Positions 1 to 10,151 are shown, counted from the first letter of the stretch. The stretch is 64,000 nt of DNA from an uncultured Clostridia bacterium (GCA_944384915.1 CALWVH010000135.1:1483-65482), one strand, 5' to 3'. Made by a program: numbers and translations. Notes: generated by a model from the letters alone, not told the origin.

Positions 1-1
1 G

Positions 2-142
2 GAGCTTCTGCTGCTGGACACCATTCCTCTGCCGGAGGAAAAGCTGCTGCCCAATTTCTCCATCCTTTCCACTGCACCGCTGTTTGCTCAGGCTATCGAC
101 CGTATCTATGAGGACAAGCCCGTTTCTCCTATGTTCCTGTAA
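2..142 (+). CDS. prs: ribose-phosphate pyrophosphokinase, C-terminal fragment (5' end outside window)
   Basis: The frame is open from the window edge and translates ELLLLDTIPLPEEKLLPNFSILSTAPLFAQAIDRIYEDKPVSPMFL*. This resembles the conserved Prs C-terminus, and the prs-pth-mfd order is typical of Firmicutes. Confidence 0.6.
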   Translation, partial: ELLLLDTIPLPEEKLLPNFSILSTAPLFAQAIDRIYEDKPVSPMFL

Positions 143-271
143 GGGCCGTTTTGTGGCTCTCTGCGACATTTTTCCGCTTTTCTTTTGCCATTTAATATGA
201 TATACTGCTTTCATATAAGGCGGGGTGGAGCTTCCATCCCGCCATATCCTGCTGTCAAAGGAGCCGTTTTT

Positions 272-886
272 ATGTTTAAAAATCTGTTCTCCTCCCGCCC
301 GTCTGTTCCTACAGGGCCGGTGGAGTTTCTCATCGTTGGGCTGGGCAATCCCGGCCGCCAGTATGAAAATACCCGTCACAACGCCGGATTTATTACACTG
401 GACGTCATCGCAGAAAAAGCCGGTGCACGAGTAGACCGTATCAAATTTAAAGGCCTGTGCGGCGAGGGAATGTTGGGTGGCAAAAAGGTACTGTTTTTAA
501 AGCCCTCTACCTTTATGAACCTCAGCGGCCAGTCCGTCCAGGAGGCCATGGCTTTTTATAAGCTGCCGCCGGAAAAGGTGCTGGTGATCTTCGACGACAT
601 CTCCCTGGAACCAGGTAGACTGCGCATCCGCCGCAAAGGAAGCGACGGCGGCCACAACGGCATTAAAAACATCATCTATCTTTCGGGGAAGGACACCTTT
701 CCCCGGCTCAAAATGGGCGTGGGCAAAAAGCCCCACCCCAACTGGGATCTTGCCGACTGGGTGCTCTCCCACTTTACCGAAGAGGAAGGGAAAGCCCTGT
801 TAGAGGCTGCCGGACGTGCCGCCTCTGCTGCGGAACTCATCGTACAGGGAAAAATCGATGAAGCCATGAACCGCTACACCTCCTAA
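272..886 (+). CDS. pth: peptidyl-tRNA hydrolase
   Basis: It carries the GLGNPGRQYENTRHNAGF motif. I chose the internal ATG at 272 because AAAGGAG lies at 257-263; the ORF-track start at 185 has no RBS. Confidence 0.9.
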   Translation: MFKNLFSSRPSVPTGPVEFLIVGLGNPGRQYENTRHNAGFITLDVIAEKAGARVDRIKFKGLCGEGMLGGKKVLFLKPSTFMNLSGQSVQEAMAFYKLPPEKVLVIFDDISLEPGRLRIRRKGSDGGHNGIKNIIYLSGKDTFPRLKMGVGKKPHPNWDLADWVLSHFTEEEGKALLEAAGRAASAAELIVQGKIDEAMNRYTS

Positions 887-910
887 AAGAGGACAGAAAA
901 GGAGCTGCTT

Positions 911-3900
911 ATGAAATTTCTTACCGGCATCCTCTCGGGCTCTGCCGAAATCAAAGAGCTTTTTTCCGCCATCCAGACTGGAAAGGTACCTGCCGCTGTT
1001 ACCGGTCTTTCCGCCGTCCATAAGGCGGCTTATGTCCGTACCCTCACCCAGCTTTCCCACCGCCGGGGCCTCATCCTCACCGGAGACGAGCGGGAAGCCC
1101 AGCGTCTGTGCGATGACCTTGCCGCCATGGGGATGCGCCCACTGGTGTACCCTCTTCGGGACTTTACCTTTCGAGACGCCGCAGGCGCCAGTCATGAATA
1201 TGAATTACAGCGCTTGCAGGTACTCTCCCGACTCCTTCTGCCGGAGGATGATCCGGAGCGGTGCGACTGCGTCATTGCCTGCATCGACGCGGCGCTGCAA
1301 TATGTGCTGCCGCCCCAAATTTTAAAGGAGCGCACCCGGGTATTCCACCCCGCCGACGAGGTAAGCCCGGATGAGATTGTCAAGCTGCTGGTAAGCTGCG
1401 GCTATGAGCGTGCCGACCAGATCGAAGGCCCGGGCCAATTTTCTCGTCGAGGCGGTATCCTGGATTTCTTCACCCCCAGCGCCTCTCTGCCGGTGCGTAT
1501 GGAATTCTGGGGCGACGAGATCGACACCCTCTCCTACTTTGACCCGGAGACCCAGCGCCGTACCGATGATGTACTGGAACAGGTGGTCATCGCTCCTTCC
1601 CGGGAGGTCATTATCGATAGCCCCTCCCTGCTGGCCAAAAAAATCCGCAAACTGGCGGATTCTCTCCGTGGAAAAACGGCTCCCGCTGCGAAAACCATTC
1701 TTCATGCAGAGGCTGATAAGCTGGAAAACGGAGTACACATCGGTTGTGCCGATAAATATATCTCCCTGATTTATGAGAATCCGGTAACACTGTTTGATTA
1801 CTTTACCTCCTCTGAAACCTTGCTGTTTGTCTCGGAGCCGGCCCGTATCAAAGACCGGGTACGCTCTACCCTATGGCAGTGGGGAGAGGATATTAAAGAT
1901 TATTTAGTGGAAGGCGTGCTCTGCCGGGGCTTGGACACCTTTTCTGGAGACTGGGCCATGGTCATGGGAAAATACGAAGCCTTCCCCACCCTATTTCTGG
2001 ACGTATTCGCCCACGGCGGCTATGACGCTTCCATCCGTACGCTGCTCAATGTCACGGTGCGTCAGCTCTCCGTATGGGGCGGCAGCACAGAATTACTGGT
2101 GGAAGACCTCAACGCCATGCTCCACAACCGTTATCGTTGTGTCGTACTGGCAGGCAGCGAGCGCTCCGCCCGTACGGTAGCCGCAGATTTACAGGCGGCA
2201 AAGCTCCCCGCTTCCTTTTTAGAAGACCCGGAAACGGTTGCACCCGGCACGGTGGCCGTGCTCCCCGGCGCTCTTTCTGCCGGTATGGAATTTCCCGAGG
2301 CGGGACTGGGAGTCATCAGCCATGGGCACATCAATTCTTCTTTAAAGCCCAAGCGCCAGAAACGGAACAAGAACGCCCAGGAAATCTACAGTCTGGCGGA
2401 ACTCTCTCCGGGAGATTATGTGGTCCATGTTTCCCACGGTATCGGTGTATTTGAGGGCATTCACAAGATCGATATGCACGGGGTAACAAAGGACTATATC
2501 AAGGTAAAATACGCCAAAAATGATGTGTTATATGTTCCCGTCACCCAGCTGGATATGGTGTCCAAGTATATCGGTCCTCGCGAGGACTCCAGCGTCAAGC
2601 TGCACCGGCTGGGCGGAACCGAGTGGCAAAAAGCCAAAACTCGGGTGCGTACCGCTGTCCGGGACATGGCAAAGGAACTCATCAAACTGTATGCCCAGCG
2701 GATGCAGGCCAAGGGCCATGCCTTCCCGGAGGATACCCAGTGGCAGCGGGATTTTGAATCCCATTTCCCCTATGAAGAGACAGACGACCAGCTTCGCTGC
2801 ATCCACGAAATTAAAGAGGATATGGAGCGGCAATCCCCCATGGACCGCCTTCTCTGCGGCGATGTAGGATTTGGCAAAACAGAGGTGGCGCTGCGCGCCG
2901 CTTTTAAGTGCGTCACGGATTCCAAACAATGCGCACTGTTGGTGCCCACCACCATTCTGGCATGGCAACACTTCCAGACCATCTGTAAACGCATGGAGGG
3001 GTTCCCGGTGAAGGTGGAGCTTCTCTCTCGGTTCCGCACCCCTAAGCAGCAGGAGGAAATTATCCGGCAACTGCGCCGTGGGGAAATCGATATTGTGGTA
3101 GGCACCCACCGTCTGGTATCCAAAGATGTAAAGTTCCATGACCTGGGGCTGCTTATCATCGATGAGGAACAGCGGTTCGGCGTAGCACAGAAAGAACGCC
3201 TAAAAGAAGTCTGCCACAATGTAGACGTCCTTACCCTTTCGGCAACGCCTATCCCCCGTACCCTGAATATGGCCCTTTCGGGCATTCGGGATATGTCGGT
3301 GATTGAGGAAGCCCCTCACGACCGGCACCCAGTGCAAACCTATGTATTAGAGCATGACCCGGCCATTATTGCAGATGCGATCCGCCGGGAACTGCGCCGG
3401 GGCGGGCAGGTGTACTACCTCCACAACGATGTAGGCTCCATTGAGCGGGTGGCAGCCGGTATCCAGGCCAAAATTCCCGAGGCACGGGTAGGATTTGGCC
3501 ACGGCAAAATGAGTGAGCACGAACTTTCGGAGGTATGGCGCCGGCTTATTGACCATGAGATTGACGTATTGGTGTGCACCACTATCATTGAGACCGGCGT
3601 GGATGTGCCCAACGCCAACACCTTGATTATCGATAACGCCGACCGGCTGGGGCTTTCTCAGCTTCACCAGATCCGAGGCCGGGTAGGGCGTTCCTCTCGC
3701 CGCGCTTATGCCTACCTCACCTTTACCCCCAGCAAGGTCCTCACTGAAATTGCCCAAAAGCGGCTTTCTGCTATCCGGGAATTTACCGAATTTGGTTCTG
3801 GTTTCAAGATCGCCATGCGAGATCTGGAAATCCGGGGAGCTGGCAATATTTTGGGCGGTGAGCAGCACGGTCATATGGAAACTGTGGGTTATGACCTCTA

Positions 3901-4414
3901 CCTCAAGCTGTTGGGCGAAGCCGTCCAGCGGGAAAAAGGCGAAGAGGTGCAAAGTGCCGACGAAGAGTGTATTGTGGATATGCAGGTCAACGCTCATATT
4001 CCTGAAAAGTATATTTCCAGCCTGAATCAGCGGTTGGAAATTTATCGCCGTATTGCCGACATCCGCACCTTTGAGGATTCTGCCGATGTGGTGGATGAGC
4101 TCATCGACCGCTTTGGCGATCCGCCGGCTGCGGTACAGGGGCTTATCGATATCGCCCTGCTGCGAAACCTTGCCGGTTCTCTGGGAATTACGGAAGTGAA
4201 ACAGCAGAACGACCATTTGTTGTTATATAAATCCAAGATCGATATGGCACAAATGGCTCGGCTCACTGGTGCTATGAAGGGGAGGGTTCTTCTCTCCGCC
4301 GGAAGCCGCCCCTATATCAGCGTCAAGATTCCCTCTGCGCTGGAACCTCTTACCGTATTGGAGGATACCCTAAAATTGATGCAAGAACCGGAAAAATCGA
4401 CAGAAAACCTTTGA
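911..4414 (+). CDS. mfd: transcription-repair coupling factor
   Basis: The 1167-aa product has superfamily-2 helicase motifs (GDVGFGKTEVA, DEEQRFG) and a TRCF-like C-terminus. AAAAGGAG lies upstream and the gene follows pth. Confidence 0.95.
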   Translation: MKFLTGILSGSAEIKELFSAIQTGKVPAAVTGLSAVHKAAYVRTLTQLSHRRGLILTGDEREAQRLCDDLAAMGMRPLVYPLRDFTFRDAAGASHEYELQRLQVLSRLLLPEDDPERCDCVIACIDAALQYVLPPQILKERTRVFHPADEVSPDEIVKLLVSCGYERADQIEGPGQFSRRGGILDFFTPSASLPVRMEFWGDEIDTLSYFDPETQRRTDDVLEQVVIAPSREVIIDSPSLLAKKIRKLADSLRGKTAPAAKTILHAEADKLENGVHIGCADKYISLIYENPVTLFDYFTSSETLLFVSEPARIKDRVRSTLWQWGEDIKDYLVEGVLCRGLDTFSGDWAMVMGKYEAFPTLFLDVFAHGGYDASIRTLLNVTVRQLSVWGGSTELLVEDLNAMLHNRYRCVVLAGSERSARTVAADLQAAKLPASFLEDPETVAPGTVAVLPGALSAGMEFPEAGLGVISHGHINSSLKPKRQKRNKNAQEIYSLAELSPGDYVVHVSHGIGVFEGIHKIDMHGVTKDYIKVKYAKNDVLYVPVTQLDMVSKYIGPREDSSVKLHRLGGTEWQKAKTRVRTAVRDMAKELIKLYAQRMQAKGHAFPEDTQWQRDFESHFPYEETDDQLRCIHEIKEDMERQSPMDRLLCGDVGFGKTEVALRAAFKCVTDSKQCALLVPTTILAWQHFQTICKRMEGFPVKVELLSRFRTPKQQEEIIRQLRRGEIDIVVGTHRLVSKDVKFHDLGLLIIDEEQRFGVAQKERLKEVCHNVDVLTLSATPIPRTLNMALSGIRDMSVIEEAPHDRHPVQTYVLEHDPAIIADAIRRELRRGGQVYYLHNDVGSIERVAAGIQAKIPEARVGFGHGKMSEHELSEVWRRLIDHEIDVLVCTTIIETGVDVPNANTLIIDNADRLGLSQLHQIRGRVGRSSRRAYAYLTFTPSKVLTEIAQKRLSAIREFTEFGSGFKIAMRDLEIRGAGNILGGEQHGHMETVGYDLYLKLLGEAVQREKGEEVQSADEECIVDMQVNAHIPEKYISSLNQRLEIYRRIADIRTFEDSADVVDELIDRFGDPPAAVQGLIDIALLRNLAGSLGITEVKQQNDHLLLYKSKIDMAQMARLTGAMKGRVLLSAGSRPYISVKIPSALEPLTVLEDTLKLMQEPEKSTENL

Positions 4415-4528
4415 TTCAGTCTGGACATTCCGTAAAGTTTGCGATATAATATTTTTGTTTCTGCAAAATGAAGGCCCAATATGGGTGGTTCAAAATTATT
4501 TTTTTAGAGAAAGGCATGGTTCTTCAAT

Positions 4529-5668
4529 ATGAAATCTGTAACAAAAAAGCTGGTTGCCGGCGCGGCAGCCTGTCTTTGTCTGGTATCTGCCCTGACCGGC
4601 TGCTATTCCGAGGATAAAGCTTGGTCGGCTAAACGCGGCGATGATACCGCCCCTATCGGTGTGTACATCTACTATCTTTCCAGCGCCTATTCCGAAGCTC
4701 TGGGCAAGGTGGAAGACGCTTCCAAATCTGTTTTTGACCAGGAGATTGATGGCAAAGACGGTTCCCAGTGGGTAAAGGATCGGGCCAAGGAGTCCATCAA
4801 GCTGATGTATTATGTAGATCAGAAGTTTGAGGACATGGGACTCACTCTGGATGAAGATGATCAAAATCAGATTTCTTCTATCACCAGTTCTGCTTGGTCT
4901 TATTCCAGCTCTGCTTTTGACCAGTATGGAATTTCCCAGAAATCTCTGGAAAAAGCCTATTCCCAGTTTATGGTGAAGTACCAGAAGATTTTTGAAGCTA
5001 CTTATGGTAAGGGCGGCGAAAAGGAAGTTTCCGACGACGATCTGCGTAGCTTCTATGAGGATAAATACACTGACTTCGAGTATTTTACTTGTTCTTATAC
5101 CAAGACTAACGACGAGGGCAGCAGCGAGGCAATGTCCGATGAAGAAAAAGAAGAAGCCAAAAAGCAGTTTGAAGAATATGTCACCAAGATCCAGAACCAT
5201 GATTTGACCATGTCTACTGCTGCGGAGGAATACCAAGAATCCATTGGCAGCGAAAGTGATCTGCTTCAGAACCAGACCCTGGATCTGGAAACCGAGGCCT
5301 ACTATTATCCGGACGAAGTTGTAGAGAAACTGAAATCCATGAAGGAAGGCGAGGTTTCTTATGTAGACCTGCCGGACTCTAATCGTTTCTATGTGATTCA
5401 AAAGAATTCTATCAGTGAAAAATGCGACGAAGTTCTGAAAGATGATTCCCAGCGCCTAAGTGTGCTTGGCACCATGAAGAGCGATGAATTTTCTGAGGCT
5501 ATGGAAGAAGCTGCAGCAGCGTTAGATGATATTACGTTTAATGATTCTGCTTTGAATTCCTATAATCCCAATATGTTCTTTAGTGAGGATGATCTGGTTT
5601 CCAGCAGCGCTTCTTCTGAGAGTTCCTCTGAGAGCTCCAGCGAAAGCAGTTCTTCTGAAGAAGAGTAA
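4529..5668 (+). CDS. secreted lipoprotein, PrsA/SurA-N-terminal-like chaperone candidate, with Ser/Glu low-complexity tail
   Basis: The signal peptide has a lipobox (LVSALTGC). The product is acidic and ends SSSASSESSSESSSESSSSEEE. A foldase lipoprotein often occupies this position after mfd in Clostridia. No PPIase motif was recognised. Confidence 0.55.
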   Translation: MKSVTKKLVAGAAACLCLVSALTGCYSEDKAWSAKRGDDTAPIGVYIYYLSSAYSEALGKVEDASKSVFDQEIDGKDGSQWVKDRAKESIKLMYYVDQKFEDMGLTLDEDDQNQISSITSSAWSYSSSAFDQYGISQKSLEKAYSQFMVKYQKIFEATYGKGGEKEVSDDDLRSFYEDKYTDFEYFTCSYTKTNDEGSSEAMSDEEKEEAKKQFEEYVTKIQNHDLTMSTAAEEYQESIGSESDLLQNQTLDLETEAYYYPDEVVEKLKSMKEGEVSYVDLPDSNRFYVIQKNSISEKCDEVLKDDSQRLSVLGTMKSDEFSEAMEEAAAALDDITFNDSALNSYNPNMFFSEDDLVSSSASSESSSESSSESSSSEEE

Positions 5669-5675
5669 TTCTTTT

Positions 5676-5707
5676 CCCTGTGCTCCTAGTGAGCACAGGG
5701 ATTTTTT
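5676..5707 (+). terminator. rho-independent terminator of the lipoprotein gene
   Basis: A 10-bp perfect stem (ccctgtgctc / gagcacaggg) with a 5-nt loop is followed by a T-run. Confidence 0.8.
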
Positions 5708-5819
5708 ATGCTATTTTCGTCTACTTAGAAAAGGATGCTTTATATCGATTTTTAAACCAAAACAAAAAGGCTTCCCCGAGGGGCGAAAATTTCTGCCGCC
5801 ACCGGGAAAGCCTTTTATT

Positions 5820-7010
5820 TTATTCGCTGGAGGAAGTTTCTTCATCTCCATACAAAAATGCCTTCAGTCTTCGAGCATTCTCTTCTACATCCGGCTTCAT
5901 CACCTGATTTCCCGGTACCCCATTGAGTTCTACCTGAATATCCTCATAGGTATCTGTATCGGGAATGTGCATTGTCTCCACCTCATAGGAAGAAAAATCC
6001 ACTACCAGAGAGGCTAGACCTAGGATATCACTATTGGACAGGTTGGTGGTGACATACGGCAAATAGTCCAACACCACTCCAGCCATATCCGTTACATTAA
6101 GATCTTTGAAAGTTTCCAAAATACACAGGATCATCTGTCGTTGACGGCCTGTACGGCCAAAATCGCTGTCCAGATCTCGAATACGGGAAAAATACAGAGC
6201 TTCTTCTGCGTTTAGATGCTGCACACCAGCCTGCAAATCCCATCCTTTTTCCTGATTCATAAAATCTGCTTCTTCTTGAGAGAGTTCTACGTCCACCCCG
6301 CCCATTTTGGTAATGATCTTTTCGAAATTTTCAAAGTCTGTCTGCACATACTTATCCACATTGACTCGAAAATAATTCTCGATCGTTTGCATGGTCAGGG
6401 CGGCCCCTCCATAGGCATAAGCTGCATTCAATCGCTCATATCCTACTGTAGGAATATCCAGATACAGGTCACGCATAAAGGAAACCAGACGCAGCTTTTT
6501 ATTCTTCTGATCTATCGAGACCAACATCATGGTGTCTGAACGACCATTAGAACCATCTTTGTTCCTGTCAGCTCCGATCAGAAGAATATTCGTCACCCCA
6601 TCAGAAGTGGCCACCGTCCAAGCAGGGGCTTCTGATGGCTGCTCCTCATATTGTTCAGTGTCTACCTCTTCCCGATGGATCTGAGAAAGAACCCAGGCTC
6701 CGACTCCTCCGGTTACAGCTAAAACCACCAAGAACAGCGAAGCAACTACTAATAGCGCCCGTCTTCCCGCCTGCCTTCTCCTCCGTTTATTTTTTCGACT
6801 TTGCGGCGTAGAGCGGCGTGGCGAAGCCGGAGGTTCTGCATAATGATATCGGTCATATTCTCCTCGAACAGGGCGGGCCTGCGGGGATTGTACAGATCTT
6901 CTTCGTGGGTCCTGAGAAACTGGACGCCGGGAGGGAGTCTGTCGTTGTCCACTTCTTGTCTGTGGGGGCTGCTTTCCTCTTGGGGGCTCCTGATATAAAT
7001 TCCTAGGCAT
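5820..7010 (-). CDS. LCP (LytR-CpsA-Psr) family cell-wall glycopolymer ligase with long Arg/Pro-rich cytoplasmic N-terminus
   Basis: An LCP core is present (ILLIGADRNKDGSNGRSDTMMLVSID...LVSFMRDLYLDIP) with a single TM segment. The first ~95 residues are basic and Pro-rich. AAGGAGG lies 13 nt upstream of the ATG. Confidence 0.85.
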   Translation of the reverse strand: MPRNLYQEPPRGKQPPQTRSGQRQTPSRRPVSQDPRRRSVQSPQARPVRGEYDRYHYAEPPASPRRSTPQSRKNKRRRRQAGRRALLVVASLFLVVLAVTGGVGAWVLSQIHREEVDTEQYEEQPSEAPAWTVATSDGVTNILLIGADRNKDGSNGRSDTMMLVSIDQKNKKLRLVSFMRDLYLDIPTVGYERLNAAYAYGGAALTMQTIENYFRVNVDKYVQTDFENFEKIITKMGGVDVELSQEEADFMNQEKGWDLQAGVQHLNAEEALYFSRIRDLDSDFGRTGRQRQMILCILETFKDLNVTDMAGVVLDYLPYVTTNLSNSDILGLASLVVDFSSYEVETMHIPDTDTYEDIQVELNGVPGNQVMKPDVEENARRLKAFLYGDEETSSSE

Positions 7011-7228
7011 TCTGGAAATGTAACCTCCTTTTTCAAAATCTAACTTATCTTAATTTGAAATCATATTTTAGTAGTTTATAGACGTTATTTATTGTAATGA
7101 AACAAGCTGATCTTGTCAACTAATTATGTAAATACATACAGTTACAATTCTGTCATCACTTTGTTCTTATTCTGTCCAAAAAAAGGTCATATCATAACCA
7201 TATGACAAAACAAAGGAGAATGGGTAGT

Positions 7229-7336
7229 ATGAAATCAGGAAAAAACGATACCAGAAAACTTTGGGTACGCATTATTGCTTTGGTTTGCGCCGGACTGATT
7301 GCCTTATCCGCCCTATCTGCAGTCTTTTTCTTTTAA
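7229..7336 (+). CDS. small single-pass membrane peptide (35 aa), hypothetical
   Basis: It is not in the ORF track because it is under 60 aa. It translates MKSGKNDTRKLWVRIIALVCAGLIALSALSAVFFF*. AAAGGAG at 7212-7218 sits 10 nt upstream of the ATG. Confidence 0.35.
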   Translation: MKSGKNDTRKLWVRIIALVCAGLIALSALSAVFFF

Positions 7337-7428
7337 TTTGTGTGATGGCATCACATGACAGGATGCGGAATTTGTGGTATGATAATATCCAAAAAGGGCG
7401 CACAACCCTATTAAAGGAGGCTTATTTT

Positions 7429-7662
7429 ATGGGCTTATTTGGAAAAAAGAATACGCAAGAACTGGTTTTCTCCATTGACGGGATGCATTGTAATATGTGC
7501 GCCGCCAATCTACAGAGAGGACTATTGGAGACCTCCGGCGTTGTCAAAGCACAGGTAAGTTTTGAAGAACGTACCGCTCATATTGTGTACGACCCCTCTA
7601 AAACCGACCGAGATACCCTGGCCGCAGCAGTAAAAGAAATCGGTTATGCGGTAAAAGAGTAA
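7429..7662 (+). CDS. heavy-metal-associated (HMA) domain metallochaperone, CopZ-like
   Basis: The GMHCNMC metal-binding motif sits in a ~70-aa ferredoxin-like fold sequence. AAAGGAGG at 7413-7420 precedes the ATG at 7429; the ORF-track start at 7261 is an unsupported extension. Confidence 0.8.
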   Translation: MGLFGKKNTQELVFSIDGMHCNMCAANLQRGLLETSGVVKAQVSFEERTAHIVYDPSKTDRDTLAAAVKEIGYAVKE

Positions 7663-7680
7663 ATAAAAACAGATTTTGAT

Positions 7681-7707
7681 AAAAGCACTGCGAAAAGCAG
7701 TGCTTTT
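7681..7707. terminator. bidirectional terminator between the HMA gene and the amidohydrolase gene
   Basis: An 11-bp perfect hairpin (aaaagcactgc gaaaa gcagtgctttt) has A/T runs on both sides. Confidence 0.8.
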
Positions 7708-7709
7708 AT

Positions 7710-9293
7710 TCATTTTCCTTTTTGATATACCGTTTTTCCGTCTTTAATGGTTTCCAGCACCTGAACTCTTTGCAGATCGTCTATGGAATGCTCCAAAGGA
7801 TTCCAGTCTACCACAATCATATCCGCCCGTTTTCCAGGACGAAGGCTCCCCTTTTCCCCTTCTTCAAAATACTGACACGCGCCGTTTATGGTAGCGGCCT
7901 TTAAGGCGTCATAAACTGGTATCCGCTCCCTTGGTTCCAGCTTTTGCCCAGAACGGGTGATGCGTGTTGCCGCGCACCAAATAGATTCCCACATATTCGG
8001 CGGAAGTACGGGAGAATCCTGATGGAGGGTAAAGCATACGCCGGCCTGCATTGCCGAGGCTAGGGGACTGATCTGCTTTCCTCTCTCCCCCAGATTTTGC
8101 AGATGAACATCCCCCCAATGGAATACATGGGCCACAAAAAAGGAAGCCATCATAGAAAGTGGCGCCATTTTTCGAAGCTGGTCACGACGCACTGTCTGGG
8201 CATGGATCATCACCGGACGGACGCCTGGACATCCGGTCTTTTCTAAAGCCTGGCGATAACACTGGATCATCTGCTCTGCGGCAGCGTCCCCGTTGCAGTG
8301 TACTAAGATCTGCCGGTTATCCTCTAACGCCTTTTTCATAAAGGAAAATACTTGTTGGTCGGTGTGGGTTGGATATCCCCGGTATTCCGCCTCCCCAACA
8401 TAGGGCTGGGAAAGCCATGCCGTTTTCCCTTGTGGAGACCCATCTAAAAATACTTTATAGCCCCCCATTTTTAAATGATTTCCATATCTGCGGTCATACG
8501 CCGGATTTTCATCCGAAAGGAACGGAATATCTTTCAGACTGTGATAACACACCACGTCTGCCCGTAGCTTTCCATCCTGATCCATACGGCGCAAAATTTC
8601 CCAGTCCTTCTCCACAATGAGTCCATCTTGAATCGTAGTAAATCCCTGACGCAGATATTCTTCCTCTGCCTGATGGATGGCCTCCATCCGTTCCTTTTCC
8701 GGCGGCGGGGGAATCACCTGTGAGATCTGAGTAAAGGCGTTTTCCTCCAGATACCCGTTGGGATTTCCTGATTCGTCACGACCAATCTTTCCACCTTCCG
8801 GGTCAGGGGTATCCGGCCCGATTCCCATTTCTTGCAGCCCCAAGCTGTTGACTACCCCCATATGCCCAGATTGATGGGTGATGACCACCGGATTTTGCGA
8901 AAAGACATCCAGAAGTTCCCGGGTAGGATGGCGCTTTTCCGCCAGTAAAGTATGGTCGTAACCGGTAGCACACACCCATTTTCCTGCCGGCACTTTATTT
9001 TTCCCGATAAACTCCTTGATTCGCTCCACGATCTCTCGATTATTTTGGCAGCCTGCCAGCTGCACCATAGAAAGAGCAGAAGCACAGCCCGTCAAATGGC
9101 TATGGCCATCTACAAATCCAGGCATAAGGGTATGACCGCAAAGATCCTTTCTTTTATCCTTGGAAGAAAGCAAAGCCAAGGCCTCTTGCCTCTGCCCCAC
9201 AAAGCGTATTTTCCCCTCCTCTTCCACCAATGCCTCTGCGGGCCATGGGGATTCCATAGTGAGGATTTTTCCGTTTTCATACAAGGTTTTCAA
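7710..9293 (-). CDS. amidohydrolase family 3 (YtcJ-like metal-dependent hydrolase)
   Basis: It has the GFVDGHSHL and HCNGDAA motifs typical of TIM-barrel amidohydrolases. The start is TTG with GGGAGG 7 nt upstream. Confidence 0.8.
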   Translation of the reverse strand: MKTLYENGKILTMESPWPAEALVEEEGKIRFVGQRQEALALLSSKDKRKDLCGHTLMPGFVDGHSHLTGCASALSMVQLAGCQNNREIVERIKEFIGKNKVPAGKWVCATGYDHTLLAEKRHPTRELLDVFSQNPVVITHQSGHMGVVNSLGLQEMGIGPDTPDPEGGKIGRDESGNPNGYLEENAFTQISQVIPPPPEKERMEAIHQAEEEYLRQGFTTIQDGLIVEKDWEILRRMDQDGKLRADVVCYHSLKDIPFLSDENPAYDRRYGNHLKMGGYKVFLDGSPQGKTAWLSQPYVGEAEYRGYPTHTDQQVFSFMKKALEDNRQILVHCNGDAAAEQMIQCYRQALEKTGCPGVRPVMIHAQTVRRDQLRKMAPLSMMASFFVAHVFHWGDVHLQNLGERGKQISPLASAMQAGVCFTLHQDSPVLPPNMWESIWCAATRITRSGQKLEPRERIPVYDALKAATINGACQYFEEGEKGSLRPGKRADMIVVDWNPLEHSIDDLQRVQVLETIKDGKTVYQKGK

Positions 9294-9446
9294 AAAGACG
9301 CCTCCCTTTTTCTAAGTTTCTTTGCTTCTCTTTTATACTGTGCCTTTTTTTGTCTATCAATCAGCCCATTCACAAATTCCGCTTTTTTCCAGTAGAGAAA
9401 CCTGTTATAATAAGATAGTATCATCTTAACGAAAGAAGGAATCCCC

Positions 9447-10127
9447 ATGGAGCTACGTGATTTTTTCCCATTTTGGGAACAGCTTTCCCCAAAAGAACGC
9501 CAAATCTTGGAAGATTCCTCTGCCCCCCGCAGTTATGAAAAAGGGGCCATCCTCCACGATGGAACCCAAGACTGTACTGGCCTTTTGCTTCTTACCAAAG
9601 GCCAGATGCGGGCTTATACGGTAACGGAAGAAGGCAGAGAATTAACGCTTTTTCGCTTGCTCCCTGGAGAAATCTGCATGTTTTCCGGATACTGCGCTGT
9701 CAGCTCCATTCCCTTTCCTGTCACGGTAGAGGCATGGGAGCCTACTCAGGTATTGGTGATTCCTTCTGCTGTATACCGGGGGCTGATGGATACTTCCCTT
9801 CCGGTAGCCCGATTTACCAGCGAGATGATGGCTGCCCGTCTCAGCGAGATGATGTGGCTCATGGACCAGATCCTCAGCCGTGGGATGGATTCTCGATTAG
9901 CCGGTCTCCTACTGGAAGAAAAGGCACTGGCAAACTCCAACACCCTGCATACCACCCACGATCAGCTGGCCCGACAGCTCTCCTCGGCACGGGAAGTGGT
10001 GTCTCGGATGTTGAAATATTTCCAGACCGAAAAGCTGGTATCCCTTTCTCGGGGAACTATTACCATCTTGGATGAGAAAGCTCTGGAAGTATTGGCACAG
10101 GGCAGCAGACGCCCCACCTTAAAATAA
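9447..10127 (+). CDS. Crp/Fnr family transcriptional regulator
   Basis: It has an N-terminal cNMP-binding-like beta-roll and a C-terminal HTH (TTHDQLARQLSSAREVVSRMLKYFQTEKLV). An extended -10 (TGTTATAAT) lies at 9403-9411. Confidence 0.8.
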   Translation: MELRDFFPFWEQLSPKERQILEDSSAPRSYEKGAILHDGTQDCTGLLLLTKGQMRAYTVTEEGRELTLFRLLPGEICMFSGYCAVSSIPFPVTVEAWEPTQVLVIPSAVYRGLMDTSLPVARFTSEMMAARLSEMMWLMDQILSRGMDSRLAGLLLEEKALANSNTLHTTHDQLARQLSSAREVVSRMLKYFQTEKLVSLSRGTITILDEKALEVLAQGSRRPTLK

Positions 10128-10138
10128 TTTTTATAAAT

Positions 10139-10151
10139 GTGACACAGTCAC
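10139..10151. promoter_or_regulatory. perfect inverted repeat GTGAC-N3-GTCAC, candidate operator upstream of trxA
   Basis: The sequence is aaatGTGACacaGTCACgg. It lies 12 nt after the Crp/Fnr stop and about 110 nt before the trxA ATG. It resembles a TGTGA/TCACA-type site but with a spacer one base shorter. Confidence 0.35.

Noticed and set aside
6749-7036. A 95-aa alternative-frame ORF overlaps the Arg/Pro-rich N-terminus of the LCP gene and starts at a TTG next to the RBS. I considered a frameshift or an overlapping gene.
   Set aside because: The TTG lies upstream of, and contains, the AAGGAGG, so it has no usable RBS. The LCP frame is open from the ATG at 7010 straight into its TM helix and catalytic domain, so no frameshift is needed.
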